From Ginsengibacter sp. (lineage in GTDB: Bacteria > Bacteroidota > Bacteroidia > Chitinophagales > Chitinophagaceae): a stretch of 64,000 nt of DNA. Location: positions 2,553,245 to 2,617,244 of the forward strand of contig JAUCCB010000001.1 of assembly GCA_034676505.1 (NCBI GenBank), in the 5' to 3' direction. Both the position numbers and the translations under genes were made by a program. A model generated the notes under the pieces. That model was given only the letters and a program-made list of their open reading frames with translations. It made no database searches and was not told where the DNA came from. Of the stretch, positions 1 to 10,143 are shown one piece after another. How positions within the stretch are numbered: the stretch's first letter is position 1; each line of letters begins with the position of its first letter.

Positions 1-1
1 G

Positions 2-202
2 AAAGATCCGGTGGAAACTACTTTAGAAAAATTAAAAACCGATTTCAATGCTTCTGAAGAAGAAATAGAAACTATCAAAGAAAGAGTAAAAAATATTGTG
101 GATGAATCTGTAAAATTCGCAGAAGAGAGTCCGCTTCCAAACGATGACGAAGTGCTTAAAGACGTATATGTACAAGAAGATTATCCGTTTATAATGGATT
201 AA
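2..202 (+). CDS. 3' end of a ThDP-dependent dehydrogenase E1 alpha subunit (pyruvate dehydrogenase E1-alpha-like); 5' part lies outside the window
   Basis: The frame is open from the window edge (KDPVETTLEKLK...). The C-terminal tail FAEESPLP...VYVQEDYPFIMD resembles the C-terminus of Bacteroidota PdhA-type E1-alpha proteins. It is only a 66-aa fragment, so the call is tentative. Confidence 0.5.
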   Translation, partial: KDPVETTLEKLKTDFNASEEEIETIKERVKNIVDESVKFAEESPLPNDDEVLKDVYVQEDYPFIMD

Positions 203-267
203 TATTTCTAAAATAACCAAACAATAACCCTAAAAGTTTTCTGAGAAAGAAAGACAAATTTAAATTA

Positions 268-975
268 ATGGCCGACAAACACGCACACAAACACGAATTA
301 GAACCAATCGATAAAATTCGCAATTTTTGGGATCGATACAGTAAACCCATTACCTATGTAAGCACGGTAATTATTGTATTAATAGCCGGATGGCTTACTT
401 ATAAATATGCGTACAAAATGCCTTTAGAGGAAAAGGCCAATAATCAAGTTTTTGTAACCCAAAAATATTTTGATGATTTTACCGCTGCTTCTGATTCTTC
501 TAAAATAATGTTAGCAACGCAAGTTTTAAATGGTGATGGAGTACATCCAGGAGCATTAAAAATGATGAACGATTATTCCGGCACGAATGCCGCCAATCTT
601 TGTAAATATTATGCCGGTGCATGTTATCTCCATTTAGGACAATTTGAAAAAGCCATTAAATTCTTAAAAGATTTTGATGCAAAAGGTTCTACCCAAATTG
701 AAAGCCGTGCTTATGGAATGATTGGTGATGCCAATGCAGAATTAAAGAAAAATGATGAAGCATTAAATTATTACAAAAAAGCCGCTTTAGTAAATGAAAA
801 AGATGATTTTACTTCTTCTGAATTTTTATTCAGAGCTGCATTATTTGCACAAGTAAATGGTAAAACAAAAGAGGCGATTGATTTATTTAAAAAAATAAAA
901 ACAGATTATCCTAAAACCCAAAAAGCAGAAGATGTAGATCGCTACTTAGCTAAATTGGGTGAGTATGCAGAATAA
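268..975 (+). CDS. membrane-anchored TPR-like repeat protein
   Basis: 235 aa with one N-terminal hydrophobic anchor (VSTVIIVLIAGWLTY). Helical TPR-like repeats follow (CYLHLGQFEKAIKFL, ELKKNDEALNYYKKAA, GKTKEAIDLFKKI). The gene ends 10 nt upstream of ribH. Confidence 0.6.
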   Translation: MADKHAHKHELEPIDKIRNFWDRYSKPITYVSTVIIVLIAGWLTYKYAYKMPLEEKANNQVFVTQKYFDDFTAASDSSKIMLATQVLNGDGVHPGALKMMNDYSGTNAANLCKYYAGACYLHLGQFEKAIKFLKDFDAKGSTQIESRAYGMIGDANAELKKNDEALNYYKKAALVNEKDDFTSSEFLFRAALFAQVNGKTKEAIDLFKKIKTDYPKTQKAEDVDRYLAKLGEYAE

Positions 976-985
976 AAATTGAATA

Positions 986-1477
986 ATGGCTACTGAAAAT
1001 AATTTATACAATATCAATGCAGGCATTCTCCCAAAGGATGCCTGCATCGTTATTATCCATACTCAATGGAATCCTTCTATTGTCAATAAATTACTCTCGG
1101 GTTGTGTAGAAACCTTGCAACAATTTGGTATGAATAATTTTAAAATCATAGAAGTGCCGGGTGCATTTGAAATCCCTTTTGCAATCAAACATTTTTGGGA
1201 ATCCTATCATAATAAATTTGAAAAGCCCCAAGCTTTTATTGCATTAGGATGTGTTTTGAGAGGAGATACTCCTCACTTCGAATATGTGTGCAAAGCCGTT
1301 ACAGACGGGCTTTCGCATTTGAATCTTACATTGCCGGTTCCATCCATTTTTGGTGTTTTGACAGTGGATAATCAACAACAAGCTGATGATCGCACCGGTG
1401 GAAAATACGGAAATAAGGGCGTTGATTCTGCGCTTGCTGCTTTAAAAATGATCGAGTTGAAATATGTGATCAACTAG
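986..1477 (+). CDS. ribH: 6,7-dimethyl-8-ribityllumazine synthase
   Basis: 163 aa with lumazine synthase hallmarks: EVPGAFEIP, ALGCVLRGDTPHFEYV, and GNKG near the C-terminus. Confidence 0.93.
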   Translation: MATENNLYNINAGILPKDACIVIIHTQWNPSIVNKLLSGCVETLQQFGMNNFKIIEVPGAFEIPFAIKHFWESYHNKFEKPQAFIALGCVLRGDTPHFEYVCKAVTDGLSHLNLTLPVPSIFGVLTVDNQQQADDRTGGKYGNKGVDSALAALKMIELKYVIN

Positions 1478-1521
1478 GTTTTTTCTGCTGATAAAAGTGT
1501 TTTCCTTTTTTAAAATATTGA

Positions 1522-2241
1522 ATGAAAGTCCAAATTTTTATACCATGTTTTGTTGATCAATTTTACCCGCAAACTGCGTTTAATATGGTGAAAGTATTGG
1601 AGAAAGCAGGATGTGAAGTAGCGTATAATCCCAATCAAACATGTTGTGGTCAACCTGCGTTTAATGCAGGTTTTCAAGCCGAAGCGAAAAAAGTAGCTTC
1701 GAAATTTATTAACGATTTTAGTACTCCTGATTTTATTGTTGCACCATCCGCTTCTTGTGTAGGATTTGTAAGAAACTATTATGCAGAATTATTTTCAAAT
1801 TCTTCACAACACAATTTAGTAAAAGGTATTTCTTCTCGCATTTTTGAATTTACAGAATTTCTTACTCAAGTTGTAAAGGTGGATAAATTTGGTGCTTCAT
1901 TTCCTGCTAAAGTAACTTATCACGATAGCTGTGCAGGTTTACGAGAATGTAATATAAAAGAAGGACCAAGAAAATTATTAGCAAATGTAGAAGGATTGGA
2001 ATTGGTAGAGATGGCTGAAACTGAAACCTGTTGCGGTTTTGGTGGAACCTTTGCAGTTAAATTTGATGATATTTCTTATGCAATGGCAGAACAAAAAATT
2101 CAACACGCTTTAGATACCAAAGCTTCAAGTATTGTTTCTACAGATCTAAGTTGTTTAATGCATTTGCAAGGAATCATTGATAAAAAATCAATGTCTTTAA
2201 GAACTATGCATATTGCAGATGTATTGGCAAATGGTTGGTAG
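1522..2241 (+). CDS. lutA: (Fe-S)-binding CCG-domain oxidoreductase subunit, LutA/YkgE/GlcF-like
   Basis: 239 aa with two cysteine-rich CCG-type motifs (NPNQTCCGQP and ETCCGFGGTF) plus HDSC. Length and layout match LutA/YkgE. No lutB or lutC is adjacent. Confidence 0.8.
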   Translation: MKVQIFIPCFVDQFYPQTAFNMVKVLEKAGCEVAYNPNQTCCGQPAFNAGFQAEAKKVASKFINDFSTPDFIVAPSASCVGFVRNYYAELFSNSSQHNLVKGISSRIFEFTEFLTQVVKVDKFGASFPAKVTYHDSCAGLRECNIKEGPRKLLANVEGLELVEMAETETCCGFGGTFAVKFDDISYAMAEQKIQHALDTKASSIVSTDLSCLMHLQGIIDKKSMSLRTMHIADVLANGW

Positions 2242-2283
2242 AAAAAAAAATTGCGTGTATTCATAGCTGTTAGTTCTTGATAT

Positions 2284-3033
2284 TTAAAATACACTGTCCC
2301 AAGCTTTTTCAAAAAATCCCCAAAAAGGTTTTTTCGGTTTCATGTATTTTAGTCCGAAAGCAACGATACTTTTCTCTTTGATATAATTAACGGCATCTTC
2401 AATAGAATCTGTTACAAAATAAAGGTCTTCATCATTTCGCGAAATGGTTCCTGCTTCAAACATTTTTTGATTGTGTTCAATAATATTTTGATAAAAATCT
2501 TTATCAAAAATTACAATAGGAAATTGTTCTATCTTTTTGGTTTGCACTAAAGTTATCGCCTCAAAAAATTCGTCAAGTGTACCAAATCCACCGGGCATCA
2601 CTACAAATGCATAAGAATATTTCAGCAATAAAATTTTTCTTAAAAAGAAATATTTAATATCCACCCATTTATCGAGATAAGCATTTTGGTGTTGTTCGTG
2701 AGGCAATACAATATTGCAGCCTACACTTTTTCCGCCCACTTCTTTGGCGCCTTTATTGGCTGCTTCCATAATTCCGGGGCCACCGCCGGTCATAATTGTA
2801 AATCCTAATAAAGCAATTTCACCCGCTAATTTTTGTGCTTGTTGATAAAAAGGATGATCTTCTTTAAATCTGGCAGAACCAAAAATGGTTACACACGGAC
2901 CAACGAAATGCAGCGCACGAAAGCCTTTGATAAATTCAAAAAATACACTGATGATATATTTAAAATCATTCCATCGACTTTGAGGACCATCTAAAAATTG
3001 AATTTCTTTTTTGACACTTTTTATATCAGGCAT
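2284..3033 (-). CDS. LOG family protein (TIGR00730-type Rossmann fold; cytokinin riboside 5'-monophosphate phosphoribohydrolase-like)
   Basis: 249 aa carrying the LOG signatures GGGPGIMEA and PGGFGTLDEFFE. Confidence 0.9.
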   Translation of the reverse strand: MPDIKSVKKEIQFLDGPQSRWNDFKYIISVFFEFIKGFRALHFVGPCVTIFGSARFKEDHPFYQQAQKLAGEIALLGFTIMTGGGPGIMEAANKGAKEVGGKSVGCNIVLPHEQHQNAYLDKWVDIKYFFLRKILLLKYSYAFVVMPGGFGTLDEFFEAITLVQTKKIEQFPIVIFDKDFYQNIIEHNQKMFEAGTISRNDEDLYFVTDSIEDAVNYIKEKSIVAFGLKYMKPKKPFWGFFEKAWDSVF

Positions 3034-3164
3034 ATATATTTATTTAAAATCGGCACATTCTTACATCCCAACTTTGATTAAATATATTACAAATGAAGAA
3101 GAAAATTTCGGATTATTGAAATGCCCAATTTCAATTACAGTAATTTTGGCCAAATCGATGGCCA

Positions 3165-4610
3165 ATGAATAGTGATGAAAAATTAATAGAACAAATTAAA
3201 CAATACCAAACCAAAAGTGATTCTTTAAATATTTCTTTTTTAGAAAGAAAATCGCTTTTAAAAAGTGTAGAAAAATATGCGAACAATTTTACCAATCAAC
3301 TTTTTTCTGCAAAAGCGTATGTGGCTAACCGTTATGAAAAAGAAAAATTGGATGATGAATTATTAATCAATGAACAACCTAATACAATTCAAGAATTATT
3401 AAATCTCTTGGAAGAAAGAGTTGATAAACCCGGCCTGAATCCCCAGTCGGCAGGGCATTTAGGTTATATTCCCGGTAGTGGTTTATACGCTTCCGCATTA
3501 GGAGATTTTATTGCAGCAACGACCAATCGATATGCAGGAGTGTTTTATGCATCGCCGGGAGCCGTGCGGATTGAAAATGCTTTAATTCAATGGGCGGGTA
3601 ATTTAATAGGTTTTAAAACTGAATTTGGCGGCAATCTTACATCCGGAGGAAGTTACGCAAATTTAATTGCCATTGCGACTGCAAGAATCATTCGGAAAGT
3701 GAAAGCGAAAGATATTGAACTTACGGTAATTTATTTGTGTCAACAAGCGCATCATAGTATTTTGAATGCGTTAAAAATTACGGGATTAGAAGAAAGTGTG
3801 ATTAGAACAATTAAGGTAGATGCGCATTATAGAATGGATGTAGATGAATTAAAAATTCAAATTGCAAAAGATAAAGATGAAGGGCTACAGCCGTTTTTAT
3901 TGATCGCGAATGCCGGTTCTACAGATGTGGGTGCCGTGGATCCTTTGAAAGAAATGGCAGCTATTGCGCAAGAAAATCAATTATGGTTTCATGTAGATGC
4001 AGCTTATGGTGGATTTTTTCTTTTAACTAAATCGGGAAAGAAATTATTAGAAGGAATTGAATTAGCAGATTCTGTAATAATGGATCCGCACAAAAGTTTA
4101 TTCGTGCCTTACGGTTTAGGAATGTTATTGGTAAAAAATGTTCATCATCTTCTTGAAGCAAATACTTATGATGCCAATTATATGCAAGACGCAAAGAGTA
4201 GGGAAGAGGAATATTCTCCTTCTCAACTTTCACCCGAGTTAAGTAAACATTTTAGAGGATTGAGAATGTGGCTTCCACTTAAGTTGCACGGAATAGAACC
4301 TTTCGCATCAAGTTTAGAAGAAAAATTATTGTTGACTCAATATTTTTATCGAAAAGTAAAAGAATTGGGTTTCAAAACCGGGCCTTTCCCCGATTTATCG
4401 GTTGTGATATTTTGGTTTGAAAAGGACGAAAAAGATAATATTGAGTTCAATAAAAAAATTATAGAAAGCATCCAAAACGAAGGAAGTATTTTTATTTCTT
4501 CCACCACAATAAATGGGAAGTTTTTATTACGATTTGCAGCCTTATCTTTTAGAACTCACATTGAACAAGTGGATCTTTTGCTGCTTCAGTTAAAAAATTG
4601 TATTTCATAA
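3165..4610 (+). CDS. pyridoxal-phosphate-dependent decarboxylase, group II (aromatic-amino-acid / glutamate decarboxylase-like)
   Basis: 481 aa with the group II fold signatures GGSYANL, HVDAAYGG and the PLP-lysine motif DPHKSLFVPYG. Confidence 0.85.
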   Translation: MNSDEKLIEQIKQYQTKSDSLNISFLERKSLLKSVEKYANNFTNQLFSAKAYVANRYEKEKLDDELLINEQPNTIQELLNLLEERVDKPGLNPQSAGHLGYIPGSGLYASALGDFIAATTNRYAGVFYASPGAVRIENALIQWAGNLIGFKTEFGGNLTSGGSYANLIAIATARIIRKVKAKDIELTVIYLCQQAHHSILNALKITGLEESVIRTIKVDAHYRMDVDELKIQIAKDKDEGLQPFLLIANAGSTDVGAVDPLKEMAAIAQENQLWFHVDAAYGGFFLLTKSGKKLLEGIELADSVIMDPHKSLFVPYGLGMLLVKNVHHLLEANTYDANYMQDAKSREEEYSPSQLSPELSKHFRGLRMWLPLKLHGIEPFASSLEEKLLLTQYFYRKVKELGFKTGPFPDLSVVIFWFEKDEKDNIEFNKKIIESIQNEGSIFISSTTINGKFLLRFAALSFRTHIEQVDLLLLQLKNCIS

Positions 4611-4626
4611 TTTAATTTTAAGTGAA

Positions 4627-5484
4627 TCAAATTAATATATTGTCAATCAACCGAATATCACCTAAATACGCCGCGAGTAAAAGAACATATTTTTCTCCGG
4701 AATGATAATTATCTACTAATTCTAAATTATCTCGTAAGGCTAATTCTAAATAATCTAATTTAAATCCTGATTGCTCTAATTTTTCAATTTGTATTTTTTG
4801 TAAAGTGGTAAAATTTGATGATGTAGAAATGTGATCTTTTATCCATTGCAATGATTGGAATAATTGAATTGCTAATTTTTTTTCTTCATCATTCAATCTC
4901 ATATTTCTGCTACTCATAGCCAATCCGGAAGGTTCGCGCAGAGTAGGGCAAATTCTTACTTCTACCGGTAACTTATTTAATTCTATTAATTTTTTGATAA
5001 CCATACATTGTTGAAAATCTTTTTGTCCCAAAAAAAGAATATTCGGCTGCACGATTTCTAATAAAGTCTCCACGATCATACACACACCTTGAAAATGTCC
5101 CGGTCGAAATTTTCCTTCCAAAATGGTTTCTAAATATCCCAATTCAAAATGTCTATTTGTCGCATCAGAATTAGGATACATTTCATTTGTTTCCGGAAGA
5201 AATAAAACATCACAACCATTCGCTTCCAACTTTAAGATATCTTGTTCTAAAGTGATGGGATATTTTTCAAAATCTTTTGGATTATTGAATTGTGTTGGAT
5301 TCACATAAATACTGCATACTGTAACATCTGTGTGATTTTTTGAAGCGTTCAATAGAGATAAATGTCCTTGATGCAACGCGCCCATGGTGGGAACAAATCC
5401 GATTTTAGAATTTTTAAATAATGGTTGATTCAAGTATTTATGAAGGTCGTAGGAATGTTTTAAAATTTTCATAAGCAAGGTCAA
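4627..5484 (-). CDS. panC: pantoate--beta-alanine ligase
   Basis: 285 aa with the PanC motifs FVPTMGALHQGHLSL, NPTQF and GQKDFQQ. Confidence 0.95.
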   Translation of the reverse strand: MTLLMKILKHSYDLHKYLNQPLFKNSKIGFVPTMGALHQGHLSLLNASKNHTDVTVCSIYVNPTQFNNPKDFEKYPITLEQDILKLEANGCDVLFLPETNEMYPNSDATNRHFELGYLETILEGKFRPGHFQGVCMIVETLLEIVQPNILFLGQKDFQQCMVIKKLIELNKLPVEVRICPTLREPSGLAMSSRNMRLNDEEKKLAIQLFQSLQWIKDHISTSSNFTTLQKIQIEKLEQSGFKLDYLELALRDNLELVDNYHSGEKYVLLLAAYLGDIRLIDNILI

Positions 5485-5580
5485 ATAGGGCGCTATATTG
5501 TATTTTAGCTTGTTGAACCAAAAAAAAAGGGTAACTTCGCCAACTGATAAAAAAACTTAAAGCTAATTTAACCCTTATAA

Positions 5581-6396
5581 ATGTCCACAAAGAAAAGAAT
5601 TTTATTCATTGCGAACGAAATGTCTCCCTATTTAGAAATGACAGAGTTTGCAGAGATTGTAAATAGACTAGCGGTAAAAGCAAATGAAACAGGAATGGAG
5701 GTACGTTGTATCATGCCACGTTTTGGAATGATTAACGAAAGAAGGCATCGTCTTCATGAAGTAGTTCGTCTTTCAGGTATTAATGTTTCTATCGCCGGAG
5801 ATGATTATCCTTTAGTGATCAAAGTAGCTTCTCTTCCAAATGCGAGATTACAAGTATATTTTTTAGATAATGAGGAACTTTTTAAAAGAAAATCTTTATT
5901 TCATGATGAAGATGAAAAATGGTTTCCCGATAATGCTTTACGTTCAGTGCTTTTTGCAAAAGGAGCATTAGAAACCGTTAAGAAATTTGGTTGGCCTCCT
6001 GATATTATTCACTGCAGTGGATGGATGACCGGATTGATTCCTATGTTTATAAAAGTGGCTTACAAAAAAGAACCTGTGTTCAGCAATTGTAAAATTGTTT
6101 ATACCATCGGTCAAAATACTTTTAAAGAAAAGATGGGTGCGGATTTCAAAGAAACCTTAGCGATCAATGCTAATGTAAAAGCAAAAGACATTGATATTTT
6201 TGATTCAGGAAATAATGTTTCAATGTTCAGAGGTGGTGCACATTACGCAGATGCTATTACATTTGGTGCTCCTAAAGTTGATAAGAAATTAGTGGAAGAG
6301 TTTTCAAAAGTGAAAGGAAAGAAGGTACTTAAATATGATGCTGAATCAGATTTAACAGACTATTTACAATTGTATGACGACCTTGCCGCAAAATAA
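5581..6396 (+). CDS. short glycogen/starch synthase-like protein (GT5 N-terminal domain only)
   Basis: 271 aa. It has a GlgA-like N-terminus (ILFIANEMSPYLE; HCSGWMTGLIP) but is only about half the length of canonical GlgA. It is divergent from panC and followed by a DUF4270-like gene, a block I recall as conserved in Bacteroidota. Confidence 0.75.
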   Translation: MSTKKRILFIANEMSPYLEMTEFAEIVNRLAVKANETGMEVRCIMPRFGMINERRHRLHEVVRLSGINVSIAGDDYPLVIKVASLPNARLQVYFLDNEELFKRKSLFHDEDEKWFPDNALRSVLFAKGALETVKKFGWPPDIIHCSGWMTGLIPMFIKVAYKKEPVFSNCKIVYTIGQNTFKEKMGADFKETLAINANVKAKDIDIFDSGNNVSMFRGGAHYADAITFGAPKVDKKLVEEFSKVKGKKVLKYDAESDLTDYLQLYDDLAAK

Positions 6397-6435
6397 TTTT
6401 TACTAAATTTTTTTATCCTCTAATTCATCTTTTCT

Positions 6436-7878
6436 GTGCATAAACTTCGTCTACCAACTGCAGTTACGGGCTTCTTGATTTTATTTTTTTTCACACTTAG
6501 TTGTACCAAAATTGATTCTACTTCATTAGGAAAAGATCTTATTCCTGTGGTAGATAATATTCATACTTTCGATACCACATTAGAAGTAATCGCTACCAAT
6601 TTTGATAATGCCAATTTATGTGATTCTGTAAGAAGAAATGATTTGCATGTGTTAGGCATCATTGCAAATGATCCTTATTTCGGCTCCACCACTGCAAGTA
6701 TTTATGTGGAATTAAAACCTGAATATTTTCCGTTTAAATTTCCTGAGCACGATCAAGATAGTATTATTGTAGATTCAGTTGTATTAGCATTAAAATATTC
6801 ACACAGTTATGGAGATTCCAATTCCATAAGTAAAGTACAAGTATATCCACTAACTGATGGTTTTAAAAATGATAGTGTATATACTACTTGTAATATTTTT
6901 AATTACACCAATAATTTATTGGGTGAAAAAACATTTAGAAGCGGCGATTTAAAAGATTCCATTTTTGCATTTAGAGAAAAATCATTAAAACAATTGCGTA
7001 TTCCAATCAATAAATCTTTTGTGCAAGATTGGGTAAAATTTGATACCTCATTATTAAAAAATGATTCCATTTTTAAAACTACTTCCAAAGGTTTTGCGAT
7101 AGTTCCGGACGCAAGTGTGGGCGGAAGTGTATTGAACTATTTTAATCTAACGAGCGCTGATACTCGCTTATCAATTTATGTACGCACATCCAAAGCAGGA
7201 GTGAAAGATACTGCCATTGTTGATTTCCCAATGACTATTTATTCCGGAGAAGCAAATTCAGTTATTCGCAATCGCGGTACATCAGAAATTACGCAACATG
7301 TTTCTCAACCTCCACAAGGCGATCAAGAAATTTATTTACAAACTTCTCCCGGATCTTACGCAGAAATTAAAATTCCGGGTTTAACGGGAATGCCTAATAG
7401 AGTCATTCTTCGTGCAGAATTAATTGTAGATCAAATTTATTCTACCACTTCATTTGATAATATTTTTGATGTACCTTATTTCTTGTATTTGGATACAAAA
7501 GATACTTCCACCAGCGGAAGATATATCCCTATTCCATGTGATTTTTCAACTTTAGAAGTTCAAAATAATTTTTACACATTAGGTGGTCACCCTAATAAGG
7601 TGGTAAATGATTTAGGTCAATCTATCAATAGATACATTTTCAATATTTCGCGATATGTACAAACCATTGTTACCAAACAAAATTTGAATGCTACTCTTAG
7701 ATTACGAGCACCCTATTATATCGTGAATAAAAGTGATTATATCGACAGGTGTAATCAAGTAATTCCTTTCTTCAGCTATGGTTTGAACAATATTGCGGAT
7801 GGAAGAATTAAGGTAAATGGTTCTAATAATTCACCTTCCAAAATGAGAATGCGAATCATCTATTCTATTTTACCTTAA
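6436..7878 (+). CDS. DUF4270-like lipoprotein
   Basis: 480 aa with a GTG start and a lipobox-type signal (LILFFFTLSC). Its position directly after the short GlgA-like gene matches remembered DUF4270 synteny. No catalytic motifs are seen. Confidence 0.55.
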   Translation: MHKLRLPTAVTGFLILFFFTLSCTKIDSTSLGKDLIPVVDNIHTFDTTLEVIATNFDNANLCDSVRRNDLHVLGIIANDPYFGSTTASIYVELKPEYFPFKFPEHDQDSIIVDSVVLALKYSHSYGDSNSISKVQVYPLTDGFKNDSVYTTCNIFNYTNNLLGEKTFRSGDLKDSIFAFREKSLKQLRIPINKSFVQDWVKFDTSLLKNDSIFKTTSKGFAIVPDASVGGSVLNYFNLTSADTRLSIYVRTSKAGVKDTAIVDFPMTIYSGEANSVIRNRGTSEITQHVSQPPQGDQEIYLQTSPGSYAEIKIPGLTGMPNRVILRAELIVDQIYSTTSFDNIFDVPYFLYLDTKDTSTSGRYIPIPCDFSTLEVQNNFYTLGGHPNKVVNDLGQSINRYIFNISRYVQTIVTKQNLNATLRLRAPYYIVNKSDYIDRCNQVIPFFSYGLNNIADGRIKVNGSNNSPSKMRMRIIYSILP

Positions 7879-7939
7879 TTGATTTTACAAACGTTTACTG
7901 CGAATTTAAAATCTATTTTGTCTCTTGATGGCGATAGTA

Positions 7940-7947
7940 TAAATTTG
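7940..7947 (+). promoter_or_regulatory. Bacteroidota-type -7 promoter box (TAnnTTTG) for metK
   Basis: TAAATTTG lies 19 nt upstream of the metK ATG and matches the Bacteroidetes sigma-A -7 consensus TAnnTTTG. Confidence 0.45.
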
Positions 7948-7965
7948 CCACAAAAAATTTAAAAA

Positions 7966-9219
7966 ATGCCCTATTTATTTACTTCAGAATCTGTGAGCGA
8001 AGGCCATCCGGATAAAGTTGCCGACCAAATTAGTGATGCCCTTATTGATAATTTTTTGGCATTTGATCCACAAAGTAAAGTAGCTTGTGAAACCTTAGTA
8101 ACTACAGGCCAAGTGGTACTTGCAGGCGAAGTAAAATCAAAAGCTTATTTAGATGTACAAGAAATTACGCGAGGTGTAATTCGAAAAATCGGTTACACAA
8201 AAAGTGAGTATATGTTTGAGGCGAATTCGTGCGGCATCTTCTCTGCAATTCATGAGCAATCAGCTGATATCAATCAAGGTGTAGATAAAAAGAAAAAAGA
8301 AGATCAAGGAGCAGGAGATCAAGGAATGATGTTCGGTTATGCTACTAATGAAACCGCTAATTATATGCCTTTAGCGTTGGATCTTTCACATAGTTTATTA
8401 ATTGAATTAGCCTCTTTAAGAAGAGAAAATAAACAAATCAAATATTTGCGTCCTGATGCGAAAAGCCAAGTAACTTTAGAATATAGTGATGATAATAAAC
8501 CTTTGCGAATCGAAGCGATGGTTATTTCAACACAGCACGATGATTTTGATACGGAAGAAAAAATGTTGAAAAAGATTTCAGCCGATATTCAGAAAATTTT
8601 GATTCCTCGAATGAAGAAAAAATATCCGGAGTATGCGCATCTTTTTAACGACAAAATAAAATTTCATATTAATCCTACCGGAAAATTTGTAATTGGCGGG
8701 CCACATGGCGATACAGGATTAACAGGCAGAAAAATTATTGTAGATACTTATGGTGGAAAAGGAGCGCATGGCGGCGGAGCATTTAGCGGAAAAGACCCAA
8801 GTAAAGTAGATAGAAGTGCGGCCTACGCTGCTCGGCACATTGCTAAGAATTTAGTGGCAGCCGGAGTTTGTAATGAAGTATTGGTGCAAGTTTCTTATGC
8901 GATTGGAGTAGCAGAACCAACCAGTATCAGTGTTAATACTTTTCACACATCACGAGTGGATTTAAACGATGGGCAGATAGCAGAAAAAGTGAAAGCATTA
9001 TTTGATATGCGTCCTTATTTCATTGAGCAACGTTTGAAATTACGCAATCCTATTTATCAGGAAACTGCTTCCTATGGCCACATGGGACGGAAAAATGAAA
9101 TTGTTACAAAGACTTTTAAAATGCCAAACGGCCCCGATAAAAAAATGAAAGTAGAATTATTTACTTGGGAAAAATTAGATTATGTTCCTAAAGTGAAAAA
9201 AGCTTTTGGAATTAAATAG
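7966..9219 (+). CDS. metK: S-adenosylmethionine synthetase
   Basis: 417 aa with [36 protein letters not shown] and [16 protein letters not shown]. Confidence 0.97.
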   Translation: MPYLFTSESVSEGHPDKVADQISDALIDNFLAFDPQSKVACETLVTTGQVVLAGEVKSKAYLDVQEITRGVIRKIGYTKSEYMFEANSCGIFSAIHEQSADINQGVDKKKKEDQGAGDQGMMFGYATNETANYMPLALDLSHSLLIELASLRRENKQIKYLRPDAKSQVTLEYSDDNKPLRIEAMVISTQHDDFDTEEKMLKKISADIQKILIPRMKKKYPEYAHLFNDKIKFHINPTGKFVIGGPHGDTGLTGRKIIVDTYGGKGAHGGGAFSGKDPSKVDRSAAYAARHIAKNLVAAGVCNEVLVQVSYAIGVAEPTSISVNTFHTSRVDLNDGQIAEKVKALFDMRPYFIEQRLKLRNPIYQETASYGHMGRKNEIVTKTFKMPNGPDKKMKVELFTWEKLDYVPKVKKAFGIK

Positions 9220-9252
9220 AAAATATTTTTAAAAATTTCTATCATAAAATTG

Positions 9253-9287
9253 AAAACCATAAGTACTCTTAGCTTGTGGTTTTTTTA
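9253..9287 (+). terminator. rho-independent terminator after metK
   Basis: AACCATAAG (9255-9263) pairs with CTTGTGGTT (9273-9281) with one G-U pair. A T7 run follows. Confidence 0.7.
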
Positions 9288-9313
9288 TTAATTTGTATCT
9301 TTAAAAAAAATCA

Positions 9314-10090
9314 GTGCGACAACCACAAAGACCATTCACACAACAACATCGTCCTAAAAAAAATTTATTAATTGGCGGGTTTAAAGCCATTATGGATGCT
9401 TTGGAAAATGGTGAGCAGTTAGAAAGAATCTATCTTCAAAATACGATTACTTCTCCCGATGCTGAAGAAATGAAAAAATTAGCGCTTCGGTATGAAGTGC
9501 CTGTAAATAAAGTTCCTTTTGAAAAACTGCGGAATTTTAATTTAGAAAATCACAATGGCGCCATTGCGCTCAAATCAAAAATTACTTATCAGAATCTTCA
9601 AGATGTTATTTCCTTCGTAGTGGAGAAAGGCGAACTTCCTTTACTATTACTTTTGGATGGAATTACAGACATTAGAAATATCGGGGCACTTGCCAGAACC
9701 GCCTATTGTTGCGGTGTTCATGCAATTGTAATTCCCGAAAAAGGAGTAGGAGCTTTAGGCGAAGATGCCATCACAACTTCTGCGGGAGCTTTGGAACAAA
9801 TTGCAGTGTGTAGAACGAAGACCTTACACCAAGCCATAGACGAAATTCATTTGAATGGTATCAAAGTTTTTGCGAGTGAAATGACCGCCACGAAAAAAAT
9901 ATTTGAAATTGATTTTACAGAACCGTGTGCCATAATTATGGGCAGTGAGGATAAAGGCATTCATCCTTCATTATATCCTTTATGCGATGAAAAATTTACA
10001 ATACCTATGCAGCAAGATTTTGAATCATTAAATGTGTCAGTAGCTGCCGGAATGATTTTGTATGAAACTATGCGTCAAAGAATACAATAG
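9314..10090 (+). CDS. rlmB: SpoU/TrmH-family rRNA 2'-O-methyltransferase (RlmB-like)
   Basis: 258 aa with a GTG start. SpoU motifs are present: DGITDIRNIGALARTA, IIMGSEDKGI, and LNVSVAAGMILYE. Confidence 0.8.
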   Translation: MRQPQRPFTQQHRPKKNLLIGGFKAIMDALENGEQLERIYLQNTITSPDAEEMKKLALRYEVPVNKVPFEKLRNFNLENHNGAIALKSKITYQNLQDVISFVVEKGELPLLLLLDGITDIRNIGALARTAYCCGVHAIVIPEKGVGALGEDAITTSAGALEQIAVCRTKTLHQAIDEIHLNGIKVFASEMTATKKIFEIDFTEPCAIIMGSEDKGIHPSLYPLCDEKFTIPMQQDFESLNVSVAAGMILYETMRQRIQ

Positions 10091-10143
10091 TTAAATTTTT
10101 TAATTTTTTTCTATTTCCATTTATTATGGATTAAATTGAAAAT

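Noticed and set aside
976-985. Possible FMN riboswitch upstream of ribH.
   Set aside because: Only 10 nt separate ribH from the upstream TPR gene, which leaves no room for a riboswitch.
7879-7965. Possible SAM riboswitch upstream of metK.
   Set aside because: The spacer is only 87 nt and AT-rich. I could not find conserved SAM-I, SAM-II or SAM-V core sequences or a convincing pseudoknot or stem. A promoter box occupies part of it.
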